Positions 17,560 through 28,115 of a stretch of DNA of 64,000 bases are shown here, in pieces. The translations under genes were made by a program, and so were the position numbers. The notes under the pieces were generated by a model. The model did not search any database, was not told where the DNA came from, and saw only the letters and a program-made list of their open reading frames with translations. Origin of the DNA: Promethearchaeota archaeon (GTDB taxonomy: Archaea > Asgardarchaeota > Lokiarchaeia > Sigyniarchaeales > SOKP01); contig JABCSY010000004.1 of assembly GCA_018238625.1 (NCBI GenBank), positions 22,868-86,867 of the forward strand. The letters run 5' to 3'. The number at the start of each line of letters is the position of its first letter. Position 1 is the first letter of the stretch.

Positions 17560-18936
17560 ATGGTTTATTTTAAGATTAATGGTTTAGGATATAACTGCGG
17601 ACTAACCAAGGATAATTGCCCACAGAAAGCGCAATCTTGTAGGGAATGTATTAAAAAGCGATTATTGGATTTAGGATTCGAATTTGAGTCAACCTTAGAG
17701 GTTATTAAAATTGATTCTGTCGATAAACAGCTTAAACTAGAAAGAAAGACCATTTGGAAGAAATTTTTAGATGTCTTGAATATCAAACATATTCTCTTAA
17801 TGGATAAGCGTTCAGGGCTAACTTTATTAAATTACGCAGTCTCAGGTGTCGATATTGATGCGGATTTACTGAGCGGCTTTATTCAAGCCAATATTACTTT
17901 TTCAGAATCTAGCGAAGTTTCGAACAAAAACATCGTACCTTCCTTCGAGTTTCAATTCTACGAATTTCAATATAAGAAGTTTAACATTCTACTTAAAGAC
18001 GGTGATATTATCAGAGTTTGTTTAATTCTAGATCATAAAGCATCCATTAAACTAAGAAATCAAGTATTTCAGTTCTTAGAGGATTTTGAACCTCAATTTA
18101 AAGATGAACTTATAGATTTTCGAGAAAGGGGCGTGTACATTGATTTTCAAGACATGATAGGTTACATCGTTGAGTTTTTTAACATTAACCTTATGTTTCC
18201 CATGACTTTAGCTCGCTCGATACCACCTTATGAATTAGATAAAGTAAAAAAAAATCGAGTTCAGAAAGCCATATACAACCTCGCAAAAGAAATGCTAGGC
18301 ATAAAGCCCTTTTTTTTCATAAATAACATGCTCATTAGACTAAAAAAAATTGCTGATATTGAGGACGAAGTTATTCTTTATGAACTCTATCAACTATTAG
18401 AGCGTAAAATTATATCTCCAACGCCGATAGAAACAATTGCAAATAACATTGAGTCAGTTCAGTCCACAGATCAGAATAAATTGATAAAATCGAGTTTAAT
18501 AGCTCCAATTATTAATAATAATACCGATCTGGGGGATTTAAAAGAACAATTAACAACTATGGACGTTTACTCAGCGAGTAGATTGATAAGAGAGATTATG
18601 AAAAAAGCTCGAGCCGCAGCAAAAGATTCTAAATTTCAGGTATCCTTAAATGAATACAATAGAGCGCTATTAATTGCTAAAGAGCTAGATTTTAAAGAAG
18701 AAATAGCGAAGATATCGCTTAAGATTTTTAACATCGAAAGTAAGTCCAAATACATTGAGCTTGATTTTAATATTGAAAAAGCAGAAAATGCTGAAAAAAA
18801 AGGCGATGTATTCAATAGCATCAACTATTATCAACATGCGTTAAAAATTCTCGATGAATTCAAGGTGTACAATGTCTTGGATCCCAGAATAAGAAAAATT
18901 AAAAAGAAGATCCAAAAACTCAGAGAAGAAATATAA
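17560..18936 (+). CDS. Asgard-type protein with longin/roadblock-like domain and C-terminal TPR/MIT-like helices
   Basis: HILLMDKRSGLTL...DADLLSGFIQANITFS pattern, N-terminal 4-Cys cluster and helical C-terminus. Confidence 0.6.
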   Translation: MVYFKINGLGYNCGLTKDNCPQKAQSCRECIKKRLLDLGFEFESTLEVIKIDSVDKQLKLERKTIWKKFLDVLNIKHILLMDKRSGLTLLNYAVSGVDIDADLLSGFIQANITFSESSEVSNKNIVPSFEFQFYEFQYKKFNILLKDGDIIRVCLILDHKASIKLRNQVFQFLEDFEPQFKDELIDFRERGVYIDFQDMIGYIVEFFNINLMFPMTLARSIPPYELDKVKKNRVQKAIYNLAKEMLGIKPFFFINNMLIRLKKIADIEDEVILYELYQLLERKIISPTPIETIANNIESVQSTDQNKLIKSSLIAPIINNNTDLGDLKEQLTTMDVYSASRLIREIMKKARAAAKDSKFQVSLNEYNRALLIAKELDFKEEIAKISLKIFNIESKSKYIELDFNIEKAENAEKKGDVFNSINYYQHALKILDEFKVYNVLDPRIRKIKKKIQKLREEI

Positions 18937-19230
18937 AATCGGTTTTCTGAAAGAATAGTTTCTACTAAAATATTAGTATTCAGATTTTAATTTGTAACTT
19001 TAATTTCATAAGATTGTTTAAATCTCTCCTAATTCATACGATTTTTGATATCATTTTTTTAATATTTAATATTATATTTATATGGTATGTAGGGGTAATG
19101 TTATTTAGCAAACAAAATACGGTTTCTAAGCATTGCGTAAAAAAAAATTAAGTATAATGAGATAATAGAGAGTATTACTAATTGTCTTTCAAAAATATAA
19201 ATCTACAGCTTAGCTTAAGGTGGGAAAAAA

Positions 19231-20256
19231 ATAGTAAATAATAGATTAATAAAAAAAATAACTACAAGAGTACTAACAGATAGTTCTGAAATTTTAACTT
19301 ATTTGCAATTTGGAACTAATATTCCAATTCTCCCTGATCTTTCAAAATACATTTTACATGATCTGGAGTACTTTAAAGCAAAATCCATTTTGCTATTAGA
19401 AGGTGGAAATCCTGTTGGACAAGTATTAGTATATGACGATGGGCGAGATGCTTTATTTTTTGGATATTTTGGCATATTGAATCATAATAGTGCAAAAATA
19501 AATTTTTTAATTGATGAGCTTATTAAATATGCGAAAGAAAAAGAATATAAATTAATAAGAGGACCAATAAATATACCGGTAATTATATATGGATGGGGAT
19601 TTATGAAAGAAGGTAGTTTCGAAAGTTTATTTATTACTAAACCTGTAAATCCTCCAATATATCCAAAAACATTCTTAAAAAAGAAATTTTATGTAAAATC
19701 TGAACAGGTGACTTGGTTAGGTCCTCGTTTACCTCGATTTGATCCATGGAAACTCAAGAGATATGATTATAGTGATTACGAATATTTTTACCCTAATGAT
19801 ATTGCTGATTTTAAAAAGTATAAATCCGATTTTTTAAGAATACATGCAGAAAACTTGCCCCTCTCCGCTCAAATTACTCCGAGGATAAATGGGGTTTATG
19901 ATAGTTATGTAGACTTTGTTTTTAGATATGGATTTAACTTTATGATTTTTTTTGTAAAATTTAAACCTACAGAAAAAATTGTTGCTTGTGGAGCTTATTT
20001 ACCAAATCCGTTTAGAAAGGATTTAAAAGGAAACTATGATTCTTGTGTAATCTATACTTGGGCAGTTGAATCTAAACATAGGCGTAAGGGATTAGGAATG
20101 CTAATGTATGGGGCTACATCTCAATTACTATGGAAACAAAAAATTAAATATGGTATAGGCCCTATGCCTAAAAGTAATATTGCCAATATGGGTTTTGCGG
20201 TGAAACTTGGTGGTGTTATTAGTAGAACTCATCTTATTTTTGAATACAAGGTATAA
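19231..20256 (+). CDS. GNAT-fold N-acyltransferase
   Basis: FFGYF...IRGPIN and acetyl-CoA motif AVESKHRRKGLG. The frame is open upstream of TTG 19303 to ATA 19231, preceded by AAGGTGG. Confidence 0.75.
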   Translation: MVNNRLIKKITTRVLTDSSEILTYLQFGTNIPILPDLSKYILHDLEYFKAKSILLLEGGNPVGQVLVYDDGRDALFFGYFGILNHNSAKINFLIDELIKYAKEKEYKLIRGPINIPVIIYGWGFMKEGSFESLFITKPVNPPIYPKTFLKKKFYVKSEQVTWLGPRLPRFDPWKLKRYDYSDYEYFYPNDIADFKKYKSDFLRIHAENLPLSAQITPRINGVYDSYVDFVFRYGFNFMIFFVKFKPTEKIVACGAYLPNPFRKDLKGNYDSCVIYTWAVESKHRRKGLGMLMYGATSQLLWKQKIKYGIGPMPKSNIANMGFAVKLGGVISRTHLIFEYKV

Positions 20257-20381
20257 TAAAAATAATAGGTTATGTTTATAATGTAGATAGGAGATGTTAA
20301 ATAATGACAAGATCGGCAGGAATAGACTCAAAAGTTTAAAGAAAATGAAAGAAATTAAATATTATATTGATATGAATTAAA

Positions 20382-20711
20382 TCATAAAGGATAATTAGAG
20401 CGAAATGAAGTTCCTTTTTTTCCTTTAATCAAATCTTTAACATCTTGTTCGATTAATCTAAAATTATTATCTCCTTCAACTTTAATTTCATATATTGGTT
20501 TAAAATTCTTTTTGTTTTCGAATAGATGGATTATATAAGAACAAGGTACATCAATAATTGATATTATTATCCACTTCCTATTTTCTTCTTCATTAACATC
20601 TTTATAATTAAATATTACATTTTGTAAAGTGATTTCACATATATTTTCGAATTTTTTAATTTTTATTTGATAATTAATACCCAGTTTTTCTAATGCTGCT
20701 AAAAGATTCAA
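20382..20711 (-). CDS. Hypothetical protein
   Basis: 109-aa ORF filling a gap, with typical composition and no motif recognised. Confidence 0.5.
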   Translation of the reverse strand: MNLLAALEKLGINYQIKIKKFENICEITLQNVIFNYKDVNEEENRKWIIISIIDVPCSYIIHLFENKKNFKPIYEIKVEGDNNFRLIEQDVKDLIKGKKGTSFRSNYPL

Positions 20712-20897
20712 AGTATTATCGGATAAACCATCTATCGCTTTAATATAATCATCTTAAAAGTAATAATTTTAAAAAAAATTTATACAAACCTATAATGAAA
20801 GAATTTCTATATAAATTCAATTTTTCAAGTATTCAAATAAAAAGGAATTGCGATTTGATTTGAGAGTTATTTTAAATTGAAAAAAAGCTATTTATTT

Positions 20898-21614
20898 TTA
20901 TAACTCACGCCCGATTCCATAATAAATAAAAATTGCTGAGGAGATCATTAGAAAAAAAGTAACTACAACCCACACCGACCTAAAAAGAGGGTCTTGCCAC
21001 GTGATATAAAGAACTGCCCCATAAAGTATTAAATACATCCCGAAAACACCAATAATAAAAGTTATGAGTTTCTTCTTAAGTATTTTATCTTGAAATGTTT
21101 TTATTAAGCGTCTTGAATATATCACTGTTGGTATAACAATACATCCTGTAAAAATAATATAAATACACATAAAAAAAGTCCAACTATAAATCGGTCGCCA
21201 CTGTTCGGTAAATGTAATTCCATTGGGAATAAAAAAAAATAACCCATTAACAAAACCGTAAATTATTGTAATAATCAATTGTTTTTTTATTGTGAATACA
21301 AATTCAAGCTTAAGTATGCTGACTATAAATGTAAGGATAAAAATAGGTGAAAACAGCATTGGATAAAATGTGAAGATGTAAAGTATTTGTAACAACAATA
21401 CATTGTCAGGTATAAATGCTGCTGTTACAATAAAAATAGCATTAAATATTAATCCGAAAGCTGTAAAAAAATAAACCATGCTTAAAGTAAGAATGGGACG
21501 CGGTCGATTACGTATTAGTAATTTTATCGCAAGAAATAAAAATATACATGCTACAATCAACTGTGGTATAAAAATGATTAATAATCTTGACGGATCTGTT
21601 GATTGTAATATCAT
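20898..21614 (-). CDS. ~7-TM membrane protein (HisKA_7TM-like sensor domain, no output domain)
   Basis: About seven hydrophobic segments and W.PIYSW loop. RBS AAGGT.GTG. Confidence 0.6.
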   Translation of the reverse strand: MILQSTDPSRLLIIFIPQLIVACIFLFLAIKLLIRNRPRPILTLSMVYFFTAFGLIFNAIFIVTAAFIPDNVLLLQILYIFTFYPMLFSPIFILTFIVSILKLEFVFTIKKQLIITIIYGFVNGLFFFIPNGITFTEQWRPIYSWTFFMCIYIIFTGCIVIPTVIYSRRLIKTFQDKILKKKLITFIIGVFGMYLILYGAVLYITWQDPLFRSVWVVVTFFLMISSAIFIYYGIGREL

Positions 21615-21734
21615 GTTATAACACTACCTTTTATTAACCACTTAGTTAATTTAATATAGTATTTCTATTATTAATTGTTCATTCTTTTATTTAAGTGTAT
21701 AAATATGTGAATATAAATTAATGTTTATTCACAT

Positions 21735-22586
21735 TTAGAATTTGAAATTTATTGATTTTGACTGAAAATAATCGTATCCAATTATCTGAGGGGCAAGAAT
21801 CATCCTTTTTATTTTAAGAACTCCCGAAAAAATCACCTCAAAAGTAAGATACGAAGCAGCTATTCTTACTAAAGGAGCCATTGCTATAAAAGGAAGATTT
21901 CCTGAAAATATCCCGTCCATGGCACCCTTTTCACGATCATAACGCGAGATTATTTCGGGAAACTGTGTCAATTTATCTAAAACCTGCTTTTTAATGTCTA
22001 TTAAAACCGATTTTGATTGATAAATTTGGGGAATTGTCATTTTATTTGTTTTAAAACCATAGCAAGTTTCGTAATCCTCGCTTTCAGAAGTAAACCACCA
22101 CGCCCAAAGGTAAGGCACCGCCCATGCTTCTAGCATTAAAATCTTTAGTTCTCTACATTTACGCGAAATCAGTATAGAAACAATAGGATCGTCTAAAGTT
22201 AAAGCCACAACGGAAGAACCCTCTATAATTTTTAATACATTTCGCTCGTTAACTTCGTAATACTTACATACATTAATTTCGGGGTTAATATTCTTTAGTA
22301 ATTTTTCAACTACATCGACTTTGTATTCTCCTATATCTGCTCTTACGCATACTTGTCTGTTTAGATTAGATTCTTCAAACTTGTCGTTATCGCATATAAC
22401 AAGATTTTCGCATCCAGAGCGAGCAAGTTGTTCCGTTAGTGGCCCACCAAGACCTCCTTGACCAAGAATTGTAATCCGAGCTTTACGAAGTTGTTCTTGT
22501 TCAATAAATGTTACGAGCCCGATATTTCTATTAATTTGATTCCAATACGACTGAGACCAATTTTTAGGTCGTTTATCTTCAAACAT
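21735..22586 (-). CDS. ThiF/MoeB/E1-like adenylyltransferase
   Basis: RNIGL...EQ..L, GQGGLG and D.DKFEESNLNRQ. No paired CxxC Zn motifs. Confidence 0.9.
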   Translation of the reverse strand: MFEDKRPKNWSQSYWNQINRNIGLVTFIEQEQLRKARITILGQGGLGGPLTEQLARSGCENLVICDNDKFEESNLNRQVCVRADIGEYKVDVVEKLLKNINPEINVCKYYEVNERNVLKIIEGSSVVALTLDDPIVSILISRKCRELKILMLEAWAVPYLWAWWFTSESEDYETCYGFKTNKMTIPQIYQSKSVLIDIKKQVLDKLTQFPEIISRYDREKGAMDGIFSGNLPFIAMAPLVRIAASYLTFEVIFSGVLKIKRMILAPQIIGYDYFQSKSINFKF

Positions 22587-22742
22587 AATAATCCGATTTT
22601 AATGATTAAATAACATATTTCAAAATTTTATACACTCTTTTCGTTTGCAGTTTTGGCTTAACTATTTCCCTTATCCTATAATCTTTGAATTATTTTTCAT
22701 CGGAGAAATGTTATAACATAATTACCATTTAATAAAAAGAAT

Positions 22743-23990
22743 TTACTTTTCTCTTATTTCTTTAAAATATTTTATAATTTTAAGAAACTCTTCCGTTTCT
22801 GGAATTAGTTTGATATCTTTATTTAATTCTTTTTCGTGATATACAAACAGTACTTGGTCTTCAAACAAATTTTTAGCTTTATTGTACTTGAAAGCGGGAA
22901 TGTAGCCTGTTGGTTTAAATCCGGCATTAAAGAAAATCGTTTGATGTGCGGGATCATAAGCGGAAATATATGCTTCAAAATAGCGTAGTCTCAATTCCTG
23001 AGTTATTGATTTTATCTCTTTTAAAAACACATATAACTCCTCTAAATTTGAAACTTTATAAACCACTTTTTCTGCGATACAGATATTATCGTAGTGTAAA
23101 AATTCAAAGAAAGAATTAGTTCCTTTTATCGAAATAGTAATTTGCTCGTTACCAAACTTGTCCCTTTCAGCTCTTCTCTTTAAAAGCGAGCTTATGTTTA
23201 CAATTTTATCCTTATCTAATTCTGAATCTAATGTATCGTAATTTTTTATTGCAGGCAGTCCTAAACTATAGTTTTGAAAAGCGTAAAAATAACAGAAAAT
23301 CGCCTGAGATATTATTTTAGGTTTTTCAGAGCTTCTGTAATTAAATAATGCTTTCCGATTGTAAATAATAAATAAGATTTCTGATTCGGAATGGTTAAAA
23401 AATATGTCCTTATTAGGGAAAAACGCTGTTGGGTTAAATCCTGTTAACTTTGCTATATGTTGGATACTAGAAAAACTTGAGCGAATTTCAGCAAACCAAA
23501 TTAATATTTGATCTTTAAATTTATACATAGGAGCAACCACACAGGCGATACTAGCAGTGGATATGTCTGCTTTATGTTGATAGTTCTTTCTAAAGGCGAA
23601 GCCAAAAAAATTTCCAATTTTTTTTTCAAAATCGAGGTGAAGGCCAATACATCCTATTACTTTGTTGGGTTTAAATCTAAAAATTATCCAATAATAATTG
23701 GGACTTCTTATCATGCTCCGAACTTCAGAGATATCCTCCATTCTTTTATAAGGATAAGTATTTTCATAAACTTCCTTGAAGATATTTGTGATTTCCTCTG
23801 CGTCCTCTTCTGTGGCAAACTTTAATGAGGGAATTCTCTTTCCGTTCCTTATGGGGTTTTCAAAATCATACCCTTTTTCTAAATCCATTTTCCTTGAGTA
23901 AGGATAATTTTTGAGCATATCCTCAATAGTAATGATATCCTCTTTAGATTTAGAAACACTTTTAGAAAACATTATTAAACGGCTATCCAT
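22743..23990 (-). CDS. GNAT-fold protein (tandem acyltransferase-like domains)
   Basis: ATEEDAEEI..IFKEVY..TYPY, VIGC, and two GF.PT(A/G)(F/Y).P motifs. Confidence 0.65.
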   Translation of the reverse strand: MDSRLIMFSKSVSKSKEDIITIEDMLKNYPYSRKMDLEKGYDFENPIRNGKRIPSLKFATEEDAEEITNIFKEVYENTYPYKRMEDISEVRSMIRSPNYYWIIFRFKPNKVIGCIGLHLDFEKKIGNFFGFAFRKNYQHKADISTASIACVVAPMYKFKDQILIWFAEIRSSFSSIQHIAKLTGFNPTAFFPNKDIFFNHSESEILFIIYNRKALFNYRSSEKPKIISQAIFCYFYAFQNYSLGLPAIKNYDTLDSELDKDKIVNISSLLKRRAERDKFGNEQITISIKGTNSFFEFLHYDNICIAEKVVYKVSNLEELYVFLKEIKSITQELRLRYFEAYISAYDPAHQTIFFNAGFKPTGYIPAFKYNKAKNLFEDQVLFVYHEKELNKDIKLIPETEEFLKIIKYFKEIREK

Positions 23991-24187
23991 AAGCTACTTA
24001 ACATTATTATTATTTTATTATTAAATTTATGGAATATATAGGGGATAACTTATAATGACAACTTATAAAGGAAAAATTTTCGTCAACAAAAAAAGATTAT
24101 TTTGTTTAAATCTAATCAGTTATTAGATGTATAACTTGTTTTTAAATTCCAACAAGATCGTTGAAAAAATTATTTGCCAATTTTTCC

Positions 24188-24229
24188 AATAGTTCGAAGT
24201 TTGAGTAAAGTTCACGATTCGAAACTATT
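24188..24229. promoter_or_regulatory. Inverted repeat / TTCGAA-type operator upstream of MFS gene
   Basis: AATAGTTCGAAGTT...TTCGAAACTATT directly before TTTATA (24228), with the same core as the 15497 palindrome. Confidence 0.5.
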
Positions 24230-24308
24230 TATAGCATCATACTTATCAGATACTAAAAGAAATTGAATTAAGTATTTAGAATCAATTTTTTAGGAGTTTT
24301 GAAAAAGT

Positions 24309-25604
24309 ATGGAAGAATTAACTACGAAAAAAACGTTTAGGCATTACCTTTATTTTATGTTTGGGCAACAGTTTTCGCTGTTAGGCTCAGGAATTGTTGG
24401 TTTTGTAATCGCGTGGTGGATTACGATTGAAACACAGAGTGCTGTGTTTCTTTCAATTGCGGTATTTGTAATATTTGTACCGCAAGTTATTGTTACGCCA
24501 TTTGCAGGCGTCTTAGCTGATAGGGTGAACCGTAAAACGATTATCTTTATGGTAGATTCTCTTCAAGCGGTTTTAACTTTTGTATTGTTCCTATTTTTCT
24601 TTATAGGATTAATTAATATTTGGGTGATATTTGTAATACATACTTTGCGCAGCGTTCTTTTTGCGTTTCACGTACCAGCATTTCAAGCGATTATTCCATC
24701 TATGGTCCCAAAAGAAAGATTAACTCAAATTAATGGCTTCAATTTTCTTATTTCGGGAGTGGTTTTTATAATAGGACCCTTATTGTCGGCTATACTTTTA
24801 GAATTGTTTCCAATAACATTTATTTTTTTAATTGATGTTCTGACTTTTGTAATGGCTCTAATTCCGTTGCTATTGATAACAATTCCCCACGAAAATAAAT
24901 CCTTAAAGGAATCAGAATCAGAAAAGAAATCGTTCACGAGAGAATTCAAGGAAGGTTTCCTTGTCGTAAAAGCAGTGCCAGGTCTCTTAAGCATGATAGT
25001 ATTTGCTATGATTTTTAACTTCATAAATAGACCTTTTAACGTGTTATGGCCTTACTTTATTAACATAACACATGGTGGAACAGCGCTACATTTGGCTTTA
25101 CTTTTTGGTTCTATGCAGATAGGAAGATTGCTTGGCTCTTTAATTACATCGATCAAAAAAGAGTGGAAACATAAGATCAAAATCAATATAATTGGAGCAT
25201 CGATATTTTTTGCCTCGTATTTACTAATAGGTCTTGCACCCTATCAATCGTTTAATTTAATGATGATTGGTGGATTTTTCGGTGCGATAATCTTTCCAAT
25301 AACAGTAGCTACTTATTTAACGATATTACAAACAGTAGTTCCTTCGGACAAAATAGGAAGAGTTATGTCAATAGATCATACGATTTCTATGGCAATAGCC
25401 CCTATTGGTGCTCTAATGGCGGGACCTATGGCGGATTTAATAGGTATTAATACTTTATTAGTTATTTGCGCTTTCGTGGGTATTATCTATCCCTTTCTCT
25501 TATGGATTTTCACAAAGATTAGATATCTCGAACATCCTCGAGAAAAGGAGGAAATAGTTGTACCTAAACAAGAAATAATAGAATTGAAAACTCAAAAAGC
25601 TTAA
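24309..25604 (+). CDS. MFS transporter, DHA3/MefA-like
   Basis: GQQFSLLGS, PFAGVLADRVNRK, about 12 TM segments, RBS AGGAG. Confidence 0.92.
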   Translation: MEELTTKKTFRHYLYFMFGQQFSLLGSGIVGFVIAWWITIETQSAVFLSIAVFVIFVPQVIVTPFAGVLADRVNRKTIIFMVDSLQAVLTFVLFLFFFIGLINIWVIFVIHTLRSVLFAFHVPAFQAIIPSMVPKERLTQINGFNFLISGVVFIIGPLLSAILLELFPITFIFLIDVLTFVMALIPLLLITIPHENKSLKESESEKKSFTREFKEGFLVVKAVPGLLSMIVFAMIFNFINRPFNVLWPYFINITHGGTALHLALLFGSMQIGRLLGSLITSIKKEWKHKIKINIIGASIFFASYLLIGLAPYQSFNLMMIGGFFGAIIFPITVATYLTILQTVVPSDKIGRVMSIDHTISMAIAPIGALMAGPMADLIGINTLLVICAFVGIIYPFLLWIFTKIRYLEHPREKEEIVVPKQEIIELKTQKA

Positions 25605-25678
25605 TTTTTTTTTTCTCTTTTTTTTGTCTAGATAATCGGTTAAATAATTTTTTATAAGACAATAGTAATAATTATACT

Positions 25679-26485
25679 ATGAATGAGAACAAAGTAGAAG
25701 GAAAAGTTAATTCCGAATTTGAGCAGAAAAAAGGGCAAGTTGTCGAACTTCCCATTCTAGACTTCCTCAAAATTAATTTCATTAGCTTCTTGGTCCCTCT
25801 TTATGCGTGTTTAGGTTTTTTTTTATTATTTGAATATGGTTTTATAATCTATTTTTCAATTCTACCAATAATTCATTTCTTATTACTCCCTGGTTTCCTA
25901 CTATTTCTTTATTTTATTTATCTTATTTTATTAATTGAGTTCACAGCATTATGGACTCGGCGATGGAGTAAGAAATCTCCTCCCGTAGAAGGGGTTTTCA
26001 AACGGGTTTTAGACGATGTTAACAGCGAAGAAGGAAAGATGATGAAATACTACCACAAAAGAGGATTCATAGTAAAATATCCGATGTGGTTGACGTCCAA
26101 ATCGCCTTTTCCTTGGCTCGTGAATCGCGCGCTAAGAAGGATTAGTCACAATAAAATCGGAAAGAACGTAATTTATTGCGATTCTTACGTAGGTTTAGAA
26201 TTCACAGATTTAGGAGATAACGTCTTCTTCTACCCTACATCTGCATTGTCGAGCCACGCCGTTAATACTATCTTTGGAAAGATAAGTATGATGGAAATAA
26301 AACTTGGAAAAAACACGACGTTCTATCCTGGAATAATAGCCGGTCCCAACGCTTTAACAGAGGATAATAACGTTATCTTTCCAAACACGGTGTTACATAA
26401 AAATTGGAGAGGGAAACCAGATAAATACTATTACCAAGGAAGTCCTGGAAGACATATAGAAATCAAGCATTTGAAAAAAAAATAA
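25679..26485 (+). CDS. Membrane protein with C-terminal left-handed beta-helix (acyltransferase-like)
   Basis: Two N-terminal TM segments and hexapeptide-like KIGKNV, LGDNV, KLGKNT, ending YQGSPG. Confidence 0.6.
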   Translation: MNENKVEGKVNSEFEQKKGQVVELPILDFLKINFISFLVPLYACLGFFLLFEYGFIIYFSILPIIHFLLLPGFLLFLYFIYLILLIEFTALWTRRWSKKSPPVEGVFKRVLDDVNSEEGKMMKYYHKRGFIVKYPMWLTSKSPFPWLVNRALRRISHNKIGKNVIYCDSYVGLEFTDLGDNVFFYPTSALSSHAVNTIFGKISMMEIKLGKNTTFYPGIIAGPNALTEDNNVIFPNTVLHKNWRGKPDKYYYQGSPGRHIEIKHLKKK

Positions 26486-26511
26486 AATCTTTAGTACAAT
26501 TTTATTTTAAT

Positions 26512-28011
26512 TTAAGAAGCTTGTGTAGATTCAATTTTTGGGAATTTTTTATGCTTTTGCAAGAATTCTCTATAAGAATTCACCTTATCTAAAACAGAAC
26601 CCGCAAGTTCTAGCGATTCGAAAACAGGAACGTTGCGATTTAACAATTTTAGCTTAAATTTGTATCTACTTTTATACGCTTCGAATCCTTCGTTTATTTT
26701 TAACATAACGCAATACATTGGTTTCGTACACGCGCTTTTTGCTTTTGCAATATATCTTATAAATTGTTTGTTTAAATCGAGTCCTTTATACCCCAAATCG
26801 TCCAAAACTTCTTCAAACCCTCCAAATCTTTCGGGATCTTTAACGAAGATAATAGAGGAAATGTTAGGGTCTTTATCTAGCGCTAGAATTGTACGGTAAT
26901 AAATGTTTGGTTGAATTCCCATTCCACCTAGATCTATTGGATTTGATAGGTTGGTATTTACATCTGGGACGAATCTTTTCATTTTATTCATTGTCTTCTC
27001 TGATAATTGAGGTATTTTTAGATTGTATTTTTCTAATATGTCTATTGCCTCAATCGTGGAACCACCACCAATTCCAATCACCCCTACATTACGCGTGTTT
27101 GGTAAGCGAGTTAGATTAAAGGCAGAAGCTAGCGCAGCAAGCTCGTTTGAATTACTTGCTATACAACTACCTGTTTGTTTCCCTACTGCCTTCCAAATAT
27201 CATTGTTCCCGGCTAAACCTCCAGTGTGAGATAAAATTGCTTTTTTTGTTGCTTCTCCATATCCCGCCCTCCAAAGTATTACTGGTTTCCTATTTAGATT
27301 ACATTTCTTAACTATTTCCATGAATTTCCGTCCTTGTTCGATTGATCTCAAGTTCTCAAGGTACAAACCAATTATTTTGGTGTGTTCGTCAGTTAAGAAA
27401 TATTCTAAAAATTCTACAGGAGATAGATCTAACGAATTACCAATTGAAATCGATTTTGAGGTATATAATCCATATGAAACGATAAGCTGAGAGATATTTT
27501 GAGCAATTCCACCAGATTGAAATATTCCACCAAAGTTACCTGATTTTCTGGATTGTTCAAATGCGAAATAGAGCCCTCCTTTTGGATTGTAAACGCCGAT
27601 ACAATTAGGCCCTATAATTCGGATGTTATATTTTCGAGCAACTTGTATCGTTTGGTTTTCCAGCGTCTCGTTTCCAACTTCGCGGAAACCAGAAGAAAAG
27701 ATTGTGCAAAAAGGGACATTTCTCTGACCTATCTCCTCCAATAATTTAGGAACCAGACGTGAAGGTACAGCTAATATGACGTAATCAATGGGTTCCGAAA
27801 TCTCTAAAATAGAGTTATAAACTTTATGACCTAAGACTTCTTTTCCAGCTAATCGAGGATTAAATAAATACATCGGTCCTCGAAACTTATCTTTCATTGC
27901 TCGGACGAAAAAGCCTCCGCCTGCCGGATCCCAGCTTGCTCCAATAATTCCAATAGATCTCGGAAAGAATAACCTATTAAAATCAATTTTTGATTCTTGT
28001 AATGTAGACAT
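26512..28011 (-). CDS. Acyl-CoA synthetase (NDP-forming) alpha-like, CoA-binding protein
   Basis: PRSIGIIGAS, IIGPNCIG, QSGG, phospho-His motif SHTGGLAG and NPIDL. Confidence 0.9.
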   Translation of the reverse strand: MSTLQESKIDFNRLFFPRSIGIIGASWDPAGGGFFVRAMKDKFRGPMYLFNPRLAGKEVLGHKVYNSILEISEPIDYVILAVPSRLVPKLLEEIGQRNVPFCTIFSSGFREVGNETLENQTIQVARKYNIRIIGPNCIGVYNPKGGLYFAFEQSRKSGNFGGIFQSGGIAQNISQLIVSYGLYTSKSISIGNSLDLSPVEFLEYFLTDEHTKIIGLYLENLRSIEQGRKFMEIVKKCNLNRKPVILWRAGYGEATKKAILSHTGGLAGNNDIWKAVGKQTGSCIASNSNELAALASAFNLTRLPNTRNVGVIGIGGGSTIEAIDILEKYNLKIPQLSEKTMNKMKRFVPDVNTNLSNPIDLGGMGIQPNIYYRTILALDKDPNISSIIFVKDPERFGGFEEVLDDLGYKGLDLNKQFIRYIAKAKSACTKPMYCVMLKINEGFEAYKSRYKFKLKLLNRNVPVFESLELAGSVLDKVNSYREFLQKHKKFPKIESTQAS

Positions 28012-28115
28012 ATAAAAACAGCTTAAAATGACTTCTAATAATAGGTTTAGTAATAATTTTTAACTAAAATATTTTATTATGGCGTAAAGGGGAAATTATC
28101 TTTCTTAAAAAATTA

